In this document: in pieces, positions 24,000 to 24,000 of the stretch | Numbering within the stretch: position 1 is the stretch's first letter | Layout: the number at the start of each line of letters is the position of its first letter | From: an uncultured Haloplasmataceae bacterium | Lineage (GTDB): Bacteria; Bacillota_I; Bacilli_A; Haloplasmatales; Haloplasmataceae | Reading direction: 5' to 3' | Assembly (NCBI GenBank): GCA_937919135.1 | Contig: CALFRW010000151.1 | Location: 587-24,586 of the forward strand | Length of the DNA: 24,000 bases | Program-made: the position numbers and the translations under genes | Notes under the pieces: model-generated | Databases searched by the model: none | Told to the model about the DNA's origin: nothing | Seen by the model: only the letters and a program-made list of their open reading frames with translations

Positions 24000-24000
24000 G

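Overview
This is a gene-dense chromosomal segment of low-GC Bacillota type. A few hand-counted 60-nt lines gave about 35-45% G+C in core genes and 15-20% in one orphan gene. It probably comes from an anaerobic spore-former, since it carries a YjcZ-like sporulation micro-ORF and a ferredoxin-dependent 2-oxoacid oxidoreductase. I cannot place the taxon more precisely.

I saw no rRNA, tRNA, CRISPR array, transposase, integrase or prophage signature, so this is mostly core genome rather than an obvious island.

Gene order:
- tldD (3' part) and pmbA
- a convergent 85-aa Trp/Tyr/Gly/Arg/Pro repeat protein
- an operon of leucine dehydrogenase, a G3E/UreG-like P-loop NTPase and a four-subunit (delta-alpha-beta-gamma) 2-oxoacid:ferredoxin oxidoreductase
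- a signal-peptide-less Cu/Zn SOD
- a 2-TM orphan (minus strand)
- a ydaO-class c-di-AMP riboswitch with terminator, driving a CPA2 antiporter and a translationally coupled PII-like 112-aa protein
- topB (minus strand)
- a YjcZ-like 32-aa ORF missing from the ORF track
- a very AT-rich 676-aa 7-TM orphan
- yebC (minus strand), then typA, then an M3 oligoendopeptidase
- a terminator-containing leader in front of an orphan AblB-like GNAT
- satE-like and satD-like genes (minus strand), divergent from a padR-DUF1700-DUF4097 module that runs off the window

The candidates most worth follow-up are:
1. the riboswitch, antiporter and PII-like unit
2. the SatD-like protein, whose N-terminus carries GGDEF/cyclase-like motifs, together with a TACCTTG motif shared with the divergent padR promoter
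3. the unclassified leader upstream of the GNAT
4. the G3E-like NTPase embedded in the oxidoreductase operon
5. the Trp-rich repeat protein

All functional calls come from reading motifs by eye. No searches were run.
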